Source of the DNA: Vicugna vicugna
Taxonomy: Eukaryota
NCBI GenBank assembly: GCA_013265495.1
Contig: MU058045.1
Coordinates: 841,986 to 905,985, forward strand
Length of the DNA stretch: 64,000 bases
Direction of reading: 5' to 3'
Position numbers and translations under genes: made by a program. Each line of letters opens with the position of its first letter. Positions within the stretch are counted from its first letter, which is position 1. The notes below the pieces were generated by a model. The model ran no database searches, was not told the origin of the DNA, and saw only the letters and a list, made by a program, of their open reading frames with translations. Below are positions 40,331 through 51,445 of this stretch, piece after piece.

Positions 40331-42209
40331 ACATACATGTTTCGCAGAATACTGCGTACAAGGTAGACGCCTAAATGAGCATTTGCTGAATTGTGGAAAA
40401 ATGTTGGAGAAAACCCCCAGAATCCACATCTAAAGAAACAGGGCTGTTTTCTGATTCATACTAAGTGTAATAACTTAGAACTCTCTTTTTTTTTTTAATA
40501 AAAGACACAAAAGATGTTTGGAAGGAGGGATAAATTATTTGAATACTGAGATGGCCTGGAACTTCAGCAGGTGCACTTTCAAATTGCCAGATTCATTTCC
40601 TATTGTGACCTCCAGGCATCCAAATTCTCTTTTCCGAAATAACATTTCAGCAGACTCGGTGAACATGCCAAGAAGTGATTATTTTTACAAATCCAGATGA
40701 CTTCCTAATTGAGGATCGCTCCAGCAGAGGTAGAAATGAAGGGAAACATAGACTCTCTTTCCATCTCCGCAGAGTGGGAACAGCCCCAGTCCTGGCTTTA
40801 ACCAAATGCTGCTGACAGCTCTGAGAGCGGTTATCATCGGACAGCTGTTCGGTGGCCTCAGTGAACTCAGCTGGAGGCTCAGCCCAGTGTAAGATCAGAG
40901 AGGCCAAAGATCAAATGCTAGTTCGATTGGTTTCCAAGCCTTTTCCCTACCACTTCTGGGTTTCAAATCAGTGTGTGTAATTTCGGCTCCAAAGACCATC
41001 CTGAGACCCACAACCCTCTGCACTCGCTTCACCCCCCGCATGCTCAGTACGCACGCTCAGGCTCTCTGCCTCCTCTTCCTCCCTTCAGCAGCGAGCTGTT
41101 TCCTAAAGTGGGTAAATCTCACGTCCACAGGAAAACGGCATATCACGGCGTCCAGCCCTGTGTGTCTAGCAGAGGCCTCGGAAGGTTGCGTATTTAATAC
41201 ACTTCACGTCCTTGGTCAGGACGGTCCTTCCAGGGTCTGGATGCTGTGTGAACCACCGCTGTGTTGTTAGGGTAGTGGGGACTGTGTGTTGGAGGTAGGA
41301 AAGCAGACCCCCAGTCCCAAAAGGGGGACGGAGCTGTATACCATTGAGGGTTCTGGGGGCAGTTTCTCGGATGAGAACTGGTCAGAACCACAGTTAGACT
41401 TACTGGTTGCAGACTTTCCCTTACAGTTGCAAGCCGTCAAGTTTTCTGAATGACTTTAAGAAAGTCACAGATGAAAGGCTGTGTGTGTGCGCACGCTGCC
41501 CACTGTGTAACGGTGTTGCAACGAACGTTCCATCCGTCTGCAGAGCACGCGGACCGCGTTACTGCAGTGTCCGTGCTCTCGTCCATGTGGGGTCCCCCTT
41601 TGCTTCCCTTCCCTTCCTCCTGCCATAGTCAAGATCACCCTATTTTTTCTTCATCTGTTTTTAATCACTTAGTACATTGTAATCTTTTCTTTTGTGCTGC
41701 TTTTCCCACCAACAGGCCTAAATGCTTCCTTGCTGTGCTTCTCTGTTGTCCCCCTCTGGTGTACCCCAAAGCCTTTGCTGTTATTTCTCTTCTTTTGTAA
41801 AAATGCGTCCCTGAATACAAGGCAGTTCCCGTATTTCCAAAGACAAGGCCCCCACGCCCCCCACCGAATTTCTAGCCGACTTACAATATATATACTTTGA
41901 GGGCTGTAGTTGAAATAATTAGTTGTCCACTTATGATATTAAATTTGTTATTTAAATATATCTATTTAAAATAGCTTGGAAAAATATTTAGAAACATAGC
42001 CTTTCCACTTTCATTTTATGAAGTAGTCTTATTCAGACTCCTCCGTTGCGTCTCTGATATCGATGTTTTTGTCCCCAAAAACCACATTAGAGCAGCATCC
42101 CACAGCTGACCCATCCCTCATCTTCAGTTACAATTCACACTTTCCTGTCAGACCAGAGGGTCTTAACAATAAGTCTCTTTCACGAGAGCCAGAGACTCGT
42201 AGCATGTTT

Positions 42210-42280
42210 TACTTCTTGATTCAGCAGACACGTATCCAACATCTAGTTGTGCTGTGTAAGTGCTGGGAACAAAGATATAG
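42210..42280 (-). mobile_element. Short L2 3'-end-like fragment inside the Gypsy relic
   Basis: tgattcagcagacacgtatccaacatctagttgtgctgtgtaagtgctgggaacaaag resembles the antisense L2 terminus. Confidence 0.45.
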
Positions 42281-43130
42281 GGGAATTTGTTTTTCTGGCC
42301 TTCTTCCCCTAGCTGCCTCCAAGGAATTTACACTCTCGTGGCAAAGGTAATATTGGGAACAGAGACTGACAATGCTTTGTAAGAAAGATGAGTAATAGGA
42401 GTTGTAAAGTGCTGTTTGAAGGTTCTGCACGGTGCCTGCCTTCCTATCTGATTCAGATCTGAACATGCATATTTTTCCACGATCTCTGTGACCATTAAGA
42501 GCATTAATAGCAATAGTAACAATTTCTCCACAGAATAAACATGTCTTTTACCATAGCTGTGGCAGCTAAGCTGATCTAGAGTTATCTTTCTTGATATGCC
42601 CCGAGTTTACCATGGAGTTGGTGAACCCTATACTGTGAACCAGAGTCAGTGAGTTTCAGGGCTTAGGAAATTAACCTTTTGGATCCCCACCCCACTTTCT
42701 AGCCACATTGGGCCCTGGAAATGATGTTCAGCCCACCCTACTGGGGTGCTTGGTGATCTGAGAGTTCCCAAGTGAATTTCAACCTTGAACTCCTTGACGG
42801 CTGCGTGGTACATGAGTCTATTACATCGGGAACACTTGTCAGGGAACCGGACCTCGCACAAGCACATCTTTCAGGTGCTCACTTACCTCCAAGAGCCCTG
42901 GTTGTATGTTGTCATCATCTACAAGCCAGTGTCCTCTGAGAAGGCCATCTGCCCCGTGTGTCCGTTTCCTTGTTGGCACGCCATCGAGCTCAGCACCAGC
43001 CCCCAAAGCCGGGTGCCGTCCTACCACCCTCTCCACCTTTCACAGCTACAGTGTGTTTCAAAGGACTAATGCCCTCTCCTAGGAAGCATTATATCTGAGG
43101 AACTAAGAACCAGTGCTTAGAAATAGAAGC

Positions 43131-43391
43131 TTTTTTTTTTAATTGAAGTATAATCAGTTTATAATGTGTCAACTTCTGGTGTACAGCTCAGTGTCCCCAG
43201 TCATGCATATACATAGGTATATTCGTTTTCATTAAAGGTTATTACAAGATACTGAATATAGTTCCCTGTGCTGTACAGGAGAAATTTTTTAATCTATTTT
43301 TATATAGAGCAGGTATCATTTGCAAATCTCAAACTCCTGAATTCATCCCTTCCCACCCCCTTCCCCCCGGTAACCATTAAGATTGTTTACT
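43131..43391 (-). mobile_element. Lineage-specific L1 3' end inserted in the Gypsy RT-RNaseH connection
   Basis: Poly-T then aattgaagtataatcagtttataatgtgtc...ctatgtctgcgagtctatttctg. Confidence 0.85.
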
Positions 43392-45091
43392 ATGTCTGCG
43401 AGTCTATTTCTGAGAAACATTTATATATATCTTCTAGTTGAGCAAAGACTTTTTTTTCCCGTATTTGGTATCTAAATTCCATTCAGGATTGAAGAGAGTT
43501 TTTTTCCCCTCTTCTCCCACCTTTGTCCAGCATCAGTTTTCTTCCCCACAAGCACTCTTGTGTTTGAAGGAAGGGAAAATAGAGCTAATCATTTCAGGTA
43601 TTTCTAGGCAAGACAAAGGCTCTACCAAGAAGCTCTCAGGTACAGGAATGTCTAGGGTAAAAATGAATCAAGGTACTTAGAATAAAACATCAAAGAAGAT
43701 ACCAGATTCCACCATAGTTGCTGCTGAGTAAGTAAGTAGGATTTGAGCCACATACCAACCTGGTCATAATGACGATGAAATCGGCATTGGGACGTACATT
43801 ATAGTCACTCATTATTACTGACCCCAGTAGAACAATTCATGTTATAACTTATGCTGAGAGATGGCAGTAAGCACTTCTGTATTTTAAAGGTAACTCATCA
43901 GGTTAACTTAATTGGGTTAAGGGAAAAGCATACATCAGAACAGCTTGAATCAAACCAAGTCACAAAAAGAAGCCAACTCCCAAACTCAGGTTTTCTAAGC
44001 CGTGAAACTTTTGTTCAGTTTCTCCAAGAATCCAGGGACTGTGTGTGTCTGTGTCTGTGAGTGTATGTGTGTATACGTGTATTTAAATTATGCGTTGTTT
44101 CTTATGAAGTCATCAAAATTCAGTGATCATTTGGGGGAAAACCCAACACCTTGGATATTTTTTCCATTCTTCCTTAAATACTCATTTATTGTTGAAAATG
44201 TAGAGATAGGCTTGTTTATAGAATTAGAGAAATAATCTGGATGTATGCATTGTGGGAACTAAATTACAACTCTTAGAATAGGATTCTAATTAGTGTAACT
44301 GAACATAAACTATATAATATTTTAAGTTCTACAAGCCACTAGAGACCGTGAACTTTAGCAGGGGCCAGATCTATGTCAGAGGCACCATTTTATTTAGAAA
44401 AATTATGAAAACCATTGTAACCAGCAGGAATTCGTGCTTAGTTTGGAAGATGACATCAAACATTGAAATGGTGCCGTGTGTAGGTTCTCAGACGGGGACT
44501 GTCTCTCTCCACAGAGAGCACACTTAGTGACAGAGTGTGCGATGAAAAGATGAAATGACATTGACTTGTGACCCTGTTTTTTCTCCGCAAGGATATGAAT
44601 TTAAGCAACATTAGCTTGGACCACTCTTGGAGTCAAACTTTAAGAAGTTAATGGGATTACAGTGAGAATCAGGTCTGGGAAAAGTGAGTAATACAGATGG
44701 TAAATGCTGGGAGAGATAGTGTAAACCAAGGGAAGAATTCTAGAATCTAACTCTTGCCAGAAGTTCTGAGGGACACAGGTTACCGTTGCTTTCAGACAGA
44801 GGGAGGAAGTGAGGAAGGCAGGCCGTCTGCTCCGTTTCTGTGTCCCCAGTGATGCGCGCCGGGCCTGGTCCACAGCCTCTGCCTCGCAAAAGTTTGTCAT
44901 GTTGTTGGAAACGGGGAGAAGGTTCCTGCCCTAGAGGAAGGCCACTAGGAGGCCTTGCTTTAGGAGGTCGGTTGGATTCCTCTGTTGGCTGATAAGAGCA
45001 GGTGCGTGTGCAGGGTGCTGAGAAGCCCACCAGGAGATGAAACTGCTTCGTGAGAAGTGCCGCTGAGTGAGCTTAAAATACATGCTGATTT

Positions 45092-45297
45092 GGGGAGGAG
45101 GGTATAGCCCAGTGGGAGAGCACGTGCTTAGCATGCACGAGGTGCTGGGTTCAATCCCTAGTCCCTCCATTAAATAAACTTAATTACCCCCTCCCCCCCA
45201 AAATAAATAAAAATTTAAAAAATTTTTAAAAAGCACCCATCCTTGGAGGCTTTCTAAAAGTATCCCCCCCAAAGAAAAGTATGAACACACACACAAA
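45092..45297 (+). mobile_element. tRNA-Ala-derived SINE (Vic-1-like) with extended 3' tail
   Basis: Head gggtatagcccagtgggagagcacgtgcttagcatgcacgagg; TSD atgctgattt at 45082-45091 and 45298-45307. Confidence 0.88.
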
Positions 45298-45539
45298 ATG
45301 CTGATTTGAAGCTGTTTAATGGTTCTTACTTTGCCAGATCTTCATGCTGATCTTTGCCGGAGTGGTAAAATGCATCCGATTAAAAAAAAAAAAGTCCATT
45401 TATCTGATGCTAGAATACAGTGTGTTTGTGAACGTAGGTAAAAATCAGAGGAATGTCTCATGTTAAGTCATCATTGTCCTTTGTTACCTTTTGGTGTGTG
45501 TGTTTGGTGTATTGGGCTATAATTTACACAGGGTACATT

Positions 45540-46240
45540 GTGTCCTTTCAGGGGATCAGTCCTGTGAGTTTTGATACACAAGCACCGTCACAACTTGGAA
45601 CGTGCCCGTCACCCAGAACGTCTGCTTACACCCCTTTGTGACCAGCTCCTCCCTCCATCTGAGCCACTAGGCGTCACTGACATGTTTTCTGTCCTTACAG
45701 TGTTGCCCTTTCCAAACTGAAACATAAATGGAGTGGTGCAGTATGTAGCTTCTATCTCTGGCTACTTTCACCGAGTATAAAGACGTTCAAGCTTCATCCA
45801 TACTGTTGCTTGTATCAGTAGTTTGACGTTCAAGCTTCATCCATACTGTTGCTTGTATCAGTAGTTTGTTCCATGGCATCCCGTCGTATGGCTGCACCAC
45901 AGTTTGTTTCTTCCTTCACCAGTTGAAAGACATTGGGTTGTTGCCAGTTTTTGGCAACTTGGAATCAAGCCGCCGAACATTTGCATTTAGGTTTTTGTGT
46001 GCATAAAATGTCTTTACTTCTCTTGGGTAAATACCTAGAAGTAAATACCTTTACTTCTCTTGCGTAGGATTTCGGGTTTATATGGTCAGCATCTGTTTAA
46101 GTTTTCAAAGAAACTGACCAACTGTTTTCCAAAGTTGTGGGGGCGCCGCATGTAACACGTGCATTCCTGTCCTCAGTGTATGAGAATTTCAGTTGCACGT
46201 CATTCTTGCCAGCACTTGGTATTAAATTTTAGCCATTTTT
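45540..46240 (-). mobile_element. L1MB/MC-like 3' fragment
   Basis: ttcatccatactgttgcttgtatcagtagtttg, cttgggtaaatacctagaagt, cattcttgccagcacttggt. Confidence 0.75.
45782..45867 (+). repeat. Perfect 43-bp tandem duplication
   Basis: gacgttcaagcttcatccatactgttgcttgtatcagtagttt occurs twice (45782-45824, 45825-45867). Confidence 0.95.
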
Positions 46241-46361
46241 AATATCTCTTTCAAAGTTGATTTTGTTAATGCTTTTTATGATGTAGAGCACTAACCCTTC
46301 AAAACCAAATTTTTCTCTGAAGAGTGAAAATTTTGTTTTAAGTTCATTTAAAAAAATAGAG

Positions 46362-46598
46362 AGTCATTTCTCATTGTTTATGGTGCTTATGATGGCCTAC
46401 AGAGTCACCGTGACCACGGAATTTTGAGTGTGGAGCTGTTGCTTCCGAGGGAAATACCAGGTTAGGTTCCCAGGAGGCTCTGCTCACAATGTTTTTGTGT
46501 ATTTTTCACTCTGCACATGTCCAGGGATGACCAGAAAAGAGCCCTGAATGTTATTTGTGGAGGTTACAAGTAAACTTGAGCAAGTGGGCAGATTCCCC
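46362..46598 (+). mobile_element. Internally deleted MER82-like Tigger element
   Basis: agtcatttctcattg...gaaataccaggttaggttcc joined to ctctgcacatgtccagggatgacc...ggttacaagtaaac. Confidence 0.65.
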
Positions 46599-47320
46599 TA
46601 GAAAGTACTTAAATTTAGTTCAGTTTAAATAATAATTTGTAGTAATTTGATTCAGTCCCAAACATAATTAAATCTTAATTGAATAATTTAATAAATTGAT
46701 GAGAAAATTGATTTGCCAGACCAGGACCATTCCGCATGAAGGTTGCTTTGAAAACACCTCAAGACCATCCTAGGATTTGACCTGCAGCACGAAGACATAC
46801 TCTTGACTTAGGCAAGAAGATTTTGTGCCCCATTCAAACATACTGAGCACACACCTCATTCCTAAAAAGGAATGTAAAATGTTCAACTCTGAATTTGATC
46901 ATAGTAACGGCTACAGGGTATGTGTTTAAATTCACAGAGACAGATTAATGCACTTACCAAAACCCCCATTGCCTAAAAGCAATTATAAGTTTTCTAGATT
47001 GACTGCCAATATGATATAGGCCCCAAAGAAACCACCCCTCTTTACTGAGACAGAACAATAAATTGGTTTTCCTGAATACAGTGGGTAAAGAATCCAAGTT
47101 CCTGACCTCGAATATTTCACTGGTAGTGTTCTGTGCAGTAGGGAACAGTCAGGGTGACATTTGCTGAAATGTTGGAGATTTATAACATAATAGCTTGAGC
47201 ATATGTGCCAGAAAATAAAAATCTTAAATCCTATCAAATCAAGATTAATCACCTATTAAAATGCTAACAAATAGTTTAGTACAGGTGGTGTAATAGGCTG
47301 TCTCTCTTCATATATTGTTA

Positions 47321-47495
47321 CAAAACAAACTATTTGGCGGTGACATGAAACATCATGTATCTTCTCTCTCACTCTCAGTGGGAAAACGGAAAAAAACTGC
47401 TAGTCGGTCATTCTCGGTGTGGATTTTGGCATTTCATTAGGAAGTGCTATCACAAACCTTTTCACCGAAAAGCATATGCACCTCTCTGGAAACTG
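47321..47495 (+). repeat. Copy A of an old diverged ~170-bp duplication
   Basis: Collinear with 48380-48546; shared blocks caaaacaaact, gtgacatgaaa, cagtgggaaaa, tgtggattttggcatttc, ctctggaaa. Confidence 0.85.
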
Positions 47496-48379
47496 CTCAA
47501 TTTCCTGACTTTGTACTGCTGCCAAAACGCTGTTGTTTCTCCCCATCATTAACTACTACATATTTATTCCTTTCTATCTTTGTGGAGAGTAAACCTGGAC
47601 AGCACTCCCAGGAAAAGGAAAACAGTAGTTGCTTCCTCCCTCTCACTGGCTTTGCAGAAATTAATCCCGTGGGCGAAATGTCTTCTTCATGTTCAGCTTT
47701 AGTTTAATGGCTTGAGCTGTGGACCAAGGCGTAGTAGCAGAAATGATACACTCATGTGATGGGGTTTGTTCATTGAGATGCTTTTTGAAATTTGCATGAA
47801 AATGGCTCGTGAAATTTTGTCAGTGAACCTTCTATTAGTAAGTAACGGCGTTGCTAGGCCGGCTCCCGATGAATAGTCAGCAAATGTTTACTGAGGACAT
47901 GCTGCATGCCAGGCATTCCCTGCGCTTCAGTGATGCTGTGGTGAGCAACCTAGACCCGACCCCCTTGTGCCAGTTGTCTCCGGTGAAAATGTCTTGTTAT
48001 TGGAAGACGATGGAACACAAGTGCAAGCAACAGCTATGGAAATAGTACCCAAAACATCATCGTGGCTAAAAAGCAGTAGGTGGGAAGCACATTACAGGTT
48101 TGAAAAGGTGCAAACTATTGGAAACCACAGTAATTGAGACTTAAATAAAACCCATCAGCAGGCCTATCTATTTTTCCAATTTGTCACCTAGGTGCCAGTT
48201 CCCTTAAACAAGTAAATATGCCCTGTCTGCTCGCATGGGTCGTAAAGCCCTTCCTGTGGGAGTTTCACTCCCCTCCTCATCCCGAAAGAATGCCAGCAAC
48301 GTGCAGTGCTGTTCTGTTTCCGAGACCCTGGACTGTCTCCCTCCGAAGGGTGTGACGAGCTGTACTTCATTTGTTTTTG

Positions 48380-48546
48380 CAAAACAAACTCTTCAGCAGT
48401 GACATGAAATATCATGTCTCTTCTTTCTCACTCACAGTGGGAAAAGGGAAGAAAAAGCACCCCTTGGTCATTTCTCTTTGTGGATTTTGGCATTTCGTTG
48501 GAAAGTGCCAATAGGTAGTCATTTTTTATGCTGCTCTGGAAAGCTG
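48380..48546 (+). repeat. Copy B of an old diverged ~170-bp duplication
   Basis: Collinear with 47321-47495 at an offset of ~1059 bp. Confidence 0.85.
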
Positions 48547-50779
48547 TAAGCAGCCTTCCAAGTCACAAAGCAAACTCAGTCCCTAATGGTTCTCGAAACC
48601 CAGGTCAGAAAGGTGGGAAACTTGTATTTTTCCAGGCAGGGAGTGCATGAAAAATACACCTGCAACCTGCTCAGCTGCCCCAAGTTCTCCTCTGTAGCCA
48701 GCTTCTCTGCTCAGAGGACTGCACATCAATCTGTCGCTGATGGTCAGCAGAGCAGCAAAGAGCCAATGTTTTTGTGAACCTACAGCAGAATGACTTGCTT
48801 CCCAGCTGGTGATCAATCTGTGTTGGACGGCAGCGTGTTTGCCTCTACAAATGAGCTGGACCCCTCTGCCACGTATCTCTGCCAACTTTTGAAAGAAAGA
48901 GTCTGTTGCAGTTCTTTTCGGGGGTAAAGACAAAAAGTCTGTCTCCCTTTACACAACCAGCTATTGAAAAAAATCCATGCAAATATCCGCAGCCGGTATC
49001 CCAAGGAAATCGTTTTGAGAGGTCAGGAAGTTGTCCTAAAAGAGAAAGAATCCATGTATGGCTTTAAACACATACACACACATACACACACCACACACTA
49101 AATATCTTTGTTTCTCTTTTGTAAAGATGAGGTGCCCGTGGTAATTGTAGCATCTCTGGACACTTCTCACTTCAATCTAGAAAGATCCTGGGCTTTAGGA
49201 TATCGATTGACTTCTCCAAGCTCCGCGTGAAGCCAACATTGAGATAATGCTGTGAAAATTGCTGCAGAACTTTTAATTGATTTTGATTATTATTGGTGAA
49301 AGTGGACTGACCAGGTTTAGCCTGGAAGTAATGCCACTGAATCAGTGCTAATGGAAACGCACAGTGTGTTTTGGCAGTTGTGAACTTTTAAGAGACCTTT
49401 CTTAAAGTTCACCAGGGCAGAGAGGTGCCACTGTAGCCCAGAAACCCACGGCACGGCAGAAGGACTTTGAGTTGGCAGAGGTGAAGAAGTAACTAAGTGT
49501 GTGTGAAAATTTACGTGAATGCGGACGAGAGCAAGGAGCCATGATGGGGAGCAGAAGGGTAAGGAAGACTTCTGGGGTTGAGCTCGCTATGATGCAGCGC
49601 TCTGGTGGATTTGGGGTAGGTGTGAGTGAATGAACGAGAATGGGGATGAGGAGTTATTTGTGGATGGGGACAGTGAAGTGGAAAACTTTGAAGAAAGCTG
49701 TATACCATTGCGGGGGCATTTAGTAACACAAATTACTGTTCTTTGTTGTCTGTGATCATGTTAGTCCCCTGGATAAACAGATTCTGTTGACGTTTAGGAC
49801 ACAAGTGTAAAGGGGCAATGGGATTTTTTGCATCTTGGTCAGGATAGGTGGGGTACCTCATTTCTCCATAGAGCGTAGGGGTCTCCAGACCCATGGAAGA
49901 GCTAGTAGAAATAAAGTAGATGAGTTAGAAAGAAGGGAACTCTGGAAAGAGAGAGTGGAGATCACTTTGGCCTCAAATTGTGGCTCAGCTGGGCCATTCT
50001 TGAGCCGTGGAAAGGCTTTCTGGTTTAGTAAGCCATTATATTAGATGCACTTCATGGTAGCTTCCAGCATCATACTCAACATGAAACCGAAGCAGACTGC
50101 ACAACTCTGCTAGAGTTCCGGTTCCTTTAGGGTAAAGACTGTGTGTGATCCATCTTTGTGCTCTCACGTACACATAGTTGGTACCCAGACCAGACAGCTG
50201 CTTTCAGTGGTTGATTTCACTGTTCATCCCAAACACGAATATTCCCCACTCATAAGAATAGTGGTGTTGCCCTCTTGGGTTGGATATATGACCCTCCAGC
50301 CCCCAAGCCTGCCTGAGAAGGTGATGTGCACAGAGGACGTATTACAGCAGGGCATGGTTATCTCCTTCAGGATTAACCGCTATGATTATTAGTATCTTCC
50401 CGAACATCTTAGCAACTCTCTGTAGCCCCCTTGGCCTTTTCATTAGTGGAATTATCTAACTAGTTACCAGTTTATAGCCAGAACATCTCCCAGTTTCACC
50501 AGCTTTTGAGTATAAATGAATTTACATTAACATGAATGCCCACTGAGGCCATATTAACATTAATGTCGAAATCTCACTGACTCCCCTCTTTAAATATCTC
50601 GGTGAGTCCCAAGGGAGTGTCTCATACGTCCTCGGGAATCTGAGCTGCTAATATGCCACCGCTGCTGGTTGCCACTACCGCTTGGAGACAACGCCTCCCT
50701 CCCACCACCATGACCTCCTGTCCCCTCTGTTGCTCCAAGATGACCAGTTAAATTTGCATACAGGAAGGATGCCTTTGGG

Positions 50780-51310
50780 GTAGCCTGGATGATGGGCAGC
50801 AGGGGGGTCAGGATCCAATGAAGGGAAACCTGTTAGGAGATGGCTTGATACAGTTTAATCATGAGATGATGTTGGGCTAGCCTGGAATGACCAGGGTGGG
50901 GAGAAGATACCAAGAGAAGCGGACGGATTTGAAAGGAGATAAAATCAGGAAGATTTCGTGATGAAGTGGCTTCTGGCTTGTGCAGCTGCATAGAAGCCAG
51001 TAGCACTCACTCTGGGCCAGGGCACACAGGGAGAGGGAGTTCCGCTGCAGCAGAATACGGAGACCTTGAGTTCCTTGAGTTATTCTCAAGTTAGGTTATG
51101 TTGGGAAGAGTTGGCTTCTTTTGAGTTTGGAGCTCAGGGGAGAACTCTGAACTTGAAATTTACATCTGGGGGTCACTGTACTCACTGTGATCGAAGTCAT
51201 GGTCCTGAACATAGAGGGGAGCTGAGGGCCTAGAGCAGGGCTCCCTGCTCCCTCCTGGAAGAGGAGGGTGCGGAACAGCAGCCAGAGAGGTTTCAGGAAA
51301 AGCATGAGAA
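50780..51310 (-). mobile_element. L2 fragment
   Basis: Purine-rich L2 antisense pattern (ggagctcaggggagaactctgaacttgaaatttacatctgggggtca). Confidence 0.6.
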
Positions 51311-51445
51311 CAAGGTCAAATGATGGTTTAATTAAATTTCTCACTTCTTTTCTCATTTTAATCTATTCTGTTGTACCCTTCGTAGCATTTGCCTTCCGTA
51401 GTCAGGGTTGTTAATTATTAGAATGTATCTTTTTGCCTCCTGTTT

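Larger units (their letters stand above)
40490..45480 (+). mobile_element. Highly decayed Ty3/Gypsy (sushi-ichi/PEG10-like) retrotransposon internal region: gag-CCHC-PR-RT-RNaseH-INT relic
   Basis: Manual translation across frameshifts gives motifs in order: FSRCTFKLPDSFP 40563-40601; RFTP..ALCL..ASC 41025-41099; VRTVLPGSGCCVN 41215-41253; VPEY..VFPKTR/PHR 41807-41867; R-LC-D..RALIAI 42480-42515; LEMMFS 42715; LLDGCVV 42790; HIFQVLTYLQEPWLYV 42863; FL(G)HAI 42966; QLQC/FKGL..RK 43043-43086; LKRVF..SSP 43489; IVAA 43714; IITDP 43811; ERW 43856; SSKFSDHLGENPT 44110; CMHC 44242; RP* 44343; SDR 44526; LGVKL 44626; TDGKCWER 44693; ADKSR..PGDE 44988-45041; KLFNGSY 45309. Boundaries approximate. Confidence 0.8.

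Noticed and set aside
40973..41017. CNFGSKDHPETHNP as the gag zinc knuckle
   Set aside because: The adjacent RFTP...LCL...ASC segment fits the sushi/PEG10 context better; this one is probably coincidental.
45092..45169. tRNA-Ala(AGC)-like sequences here and at ~4455-4531, ~9885-9959, ~12920-12994, 52626-52702 and ~54120-54195
   Set aside because: They have A/T-rich tails, target-site duplications and stem-breaking mutations, so they are SINE heads rather than tRNA genes.
47341..47360. CATG-N6-CATG p53-like spacing in both copies of the old duplication
   Set aside because: Flanks mismatch RRRCWWGYYY at too many positions.
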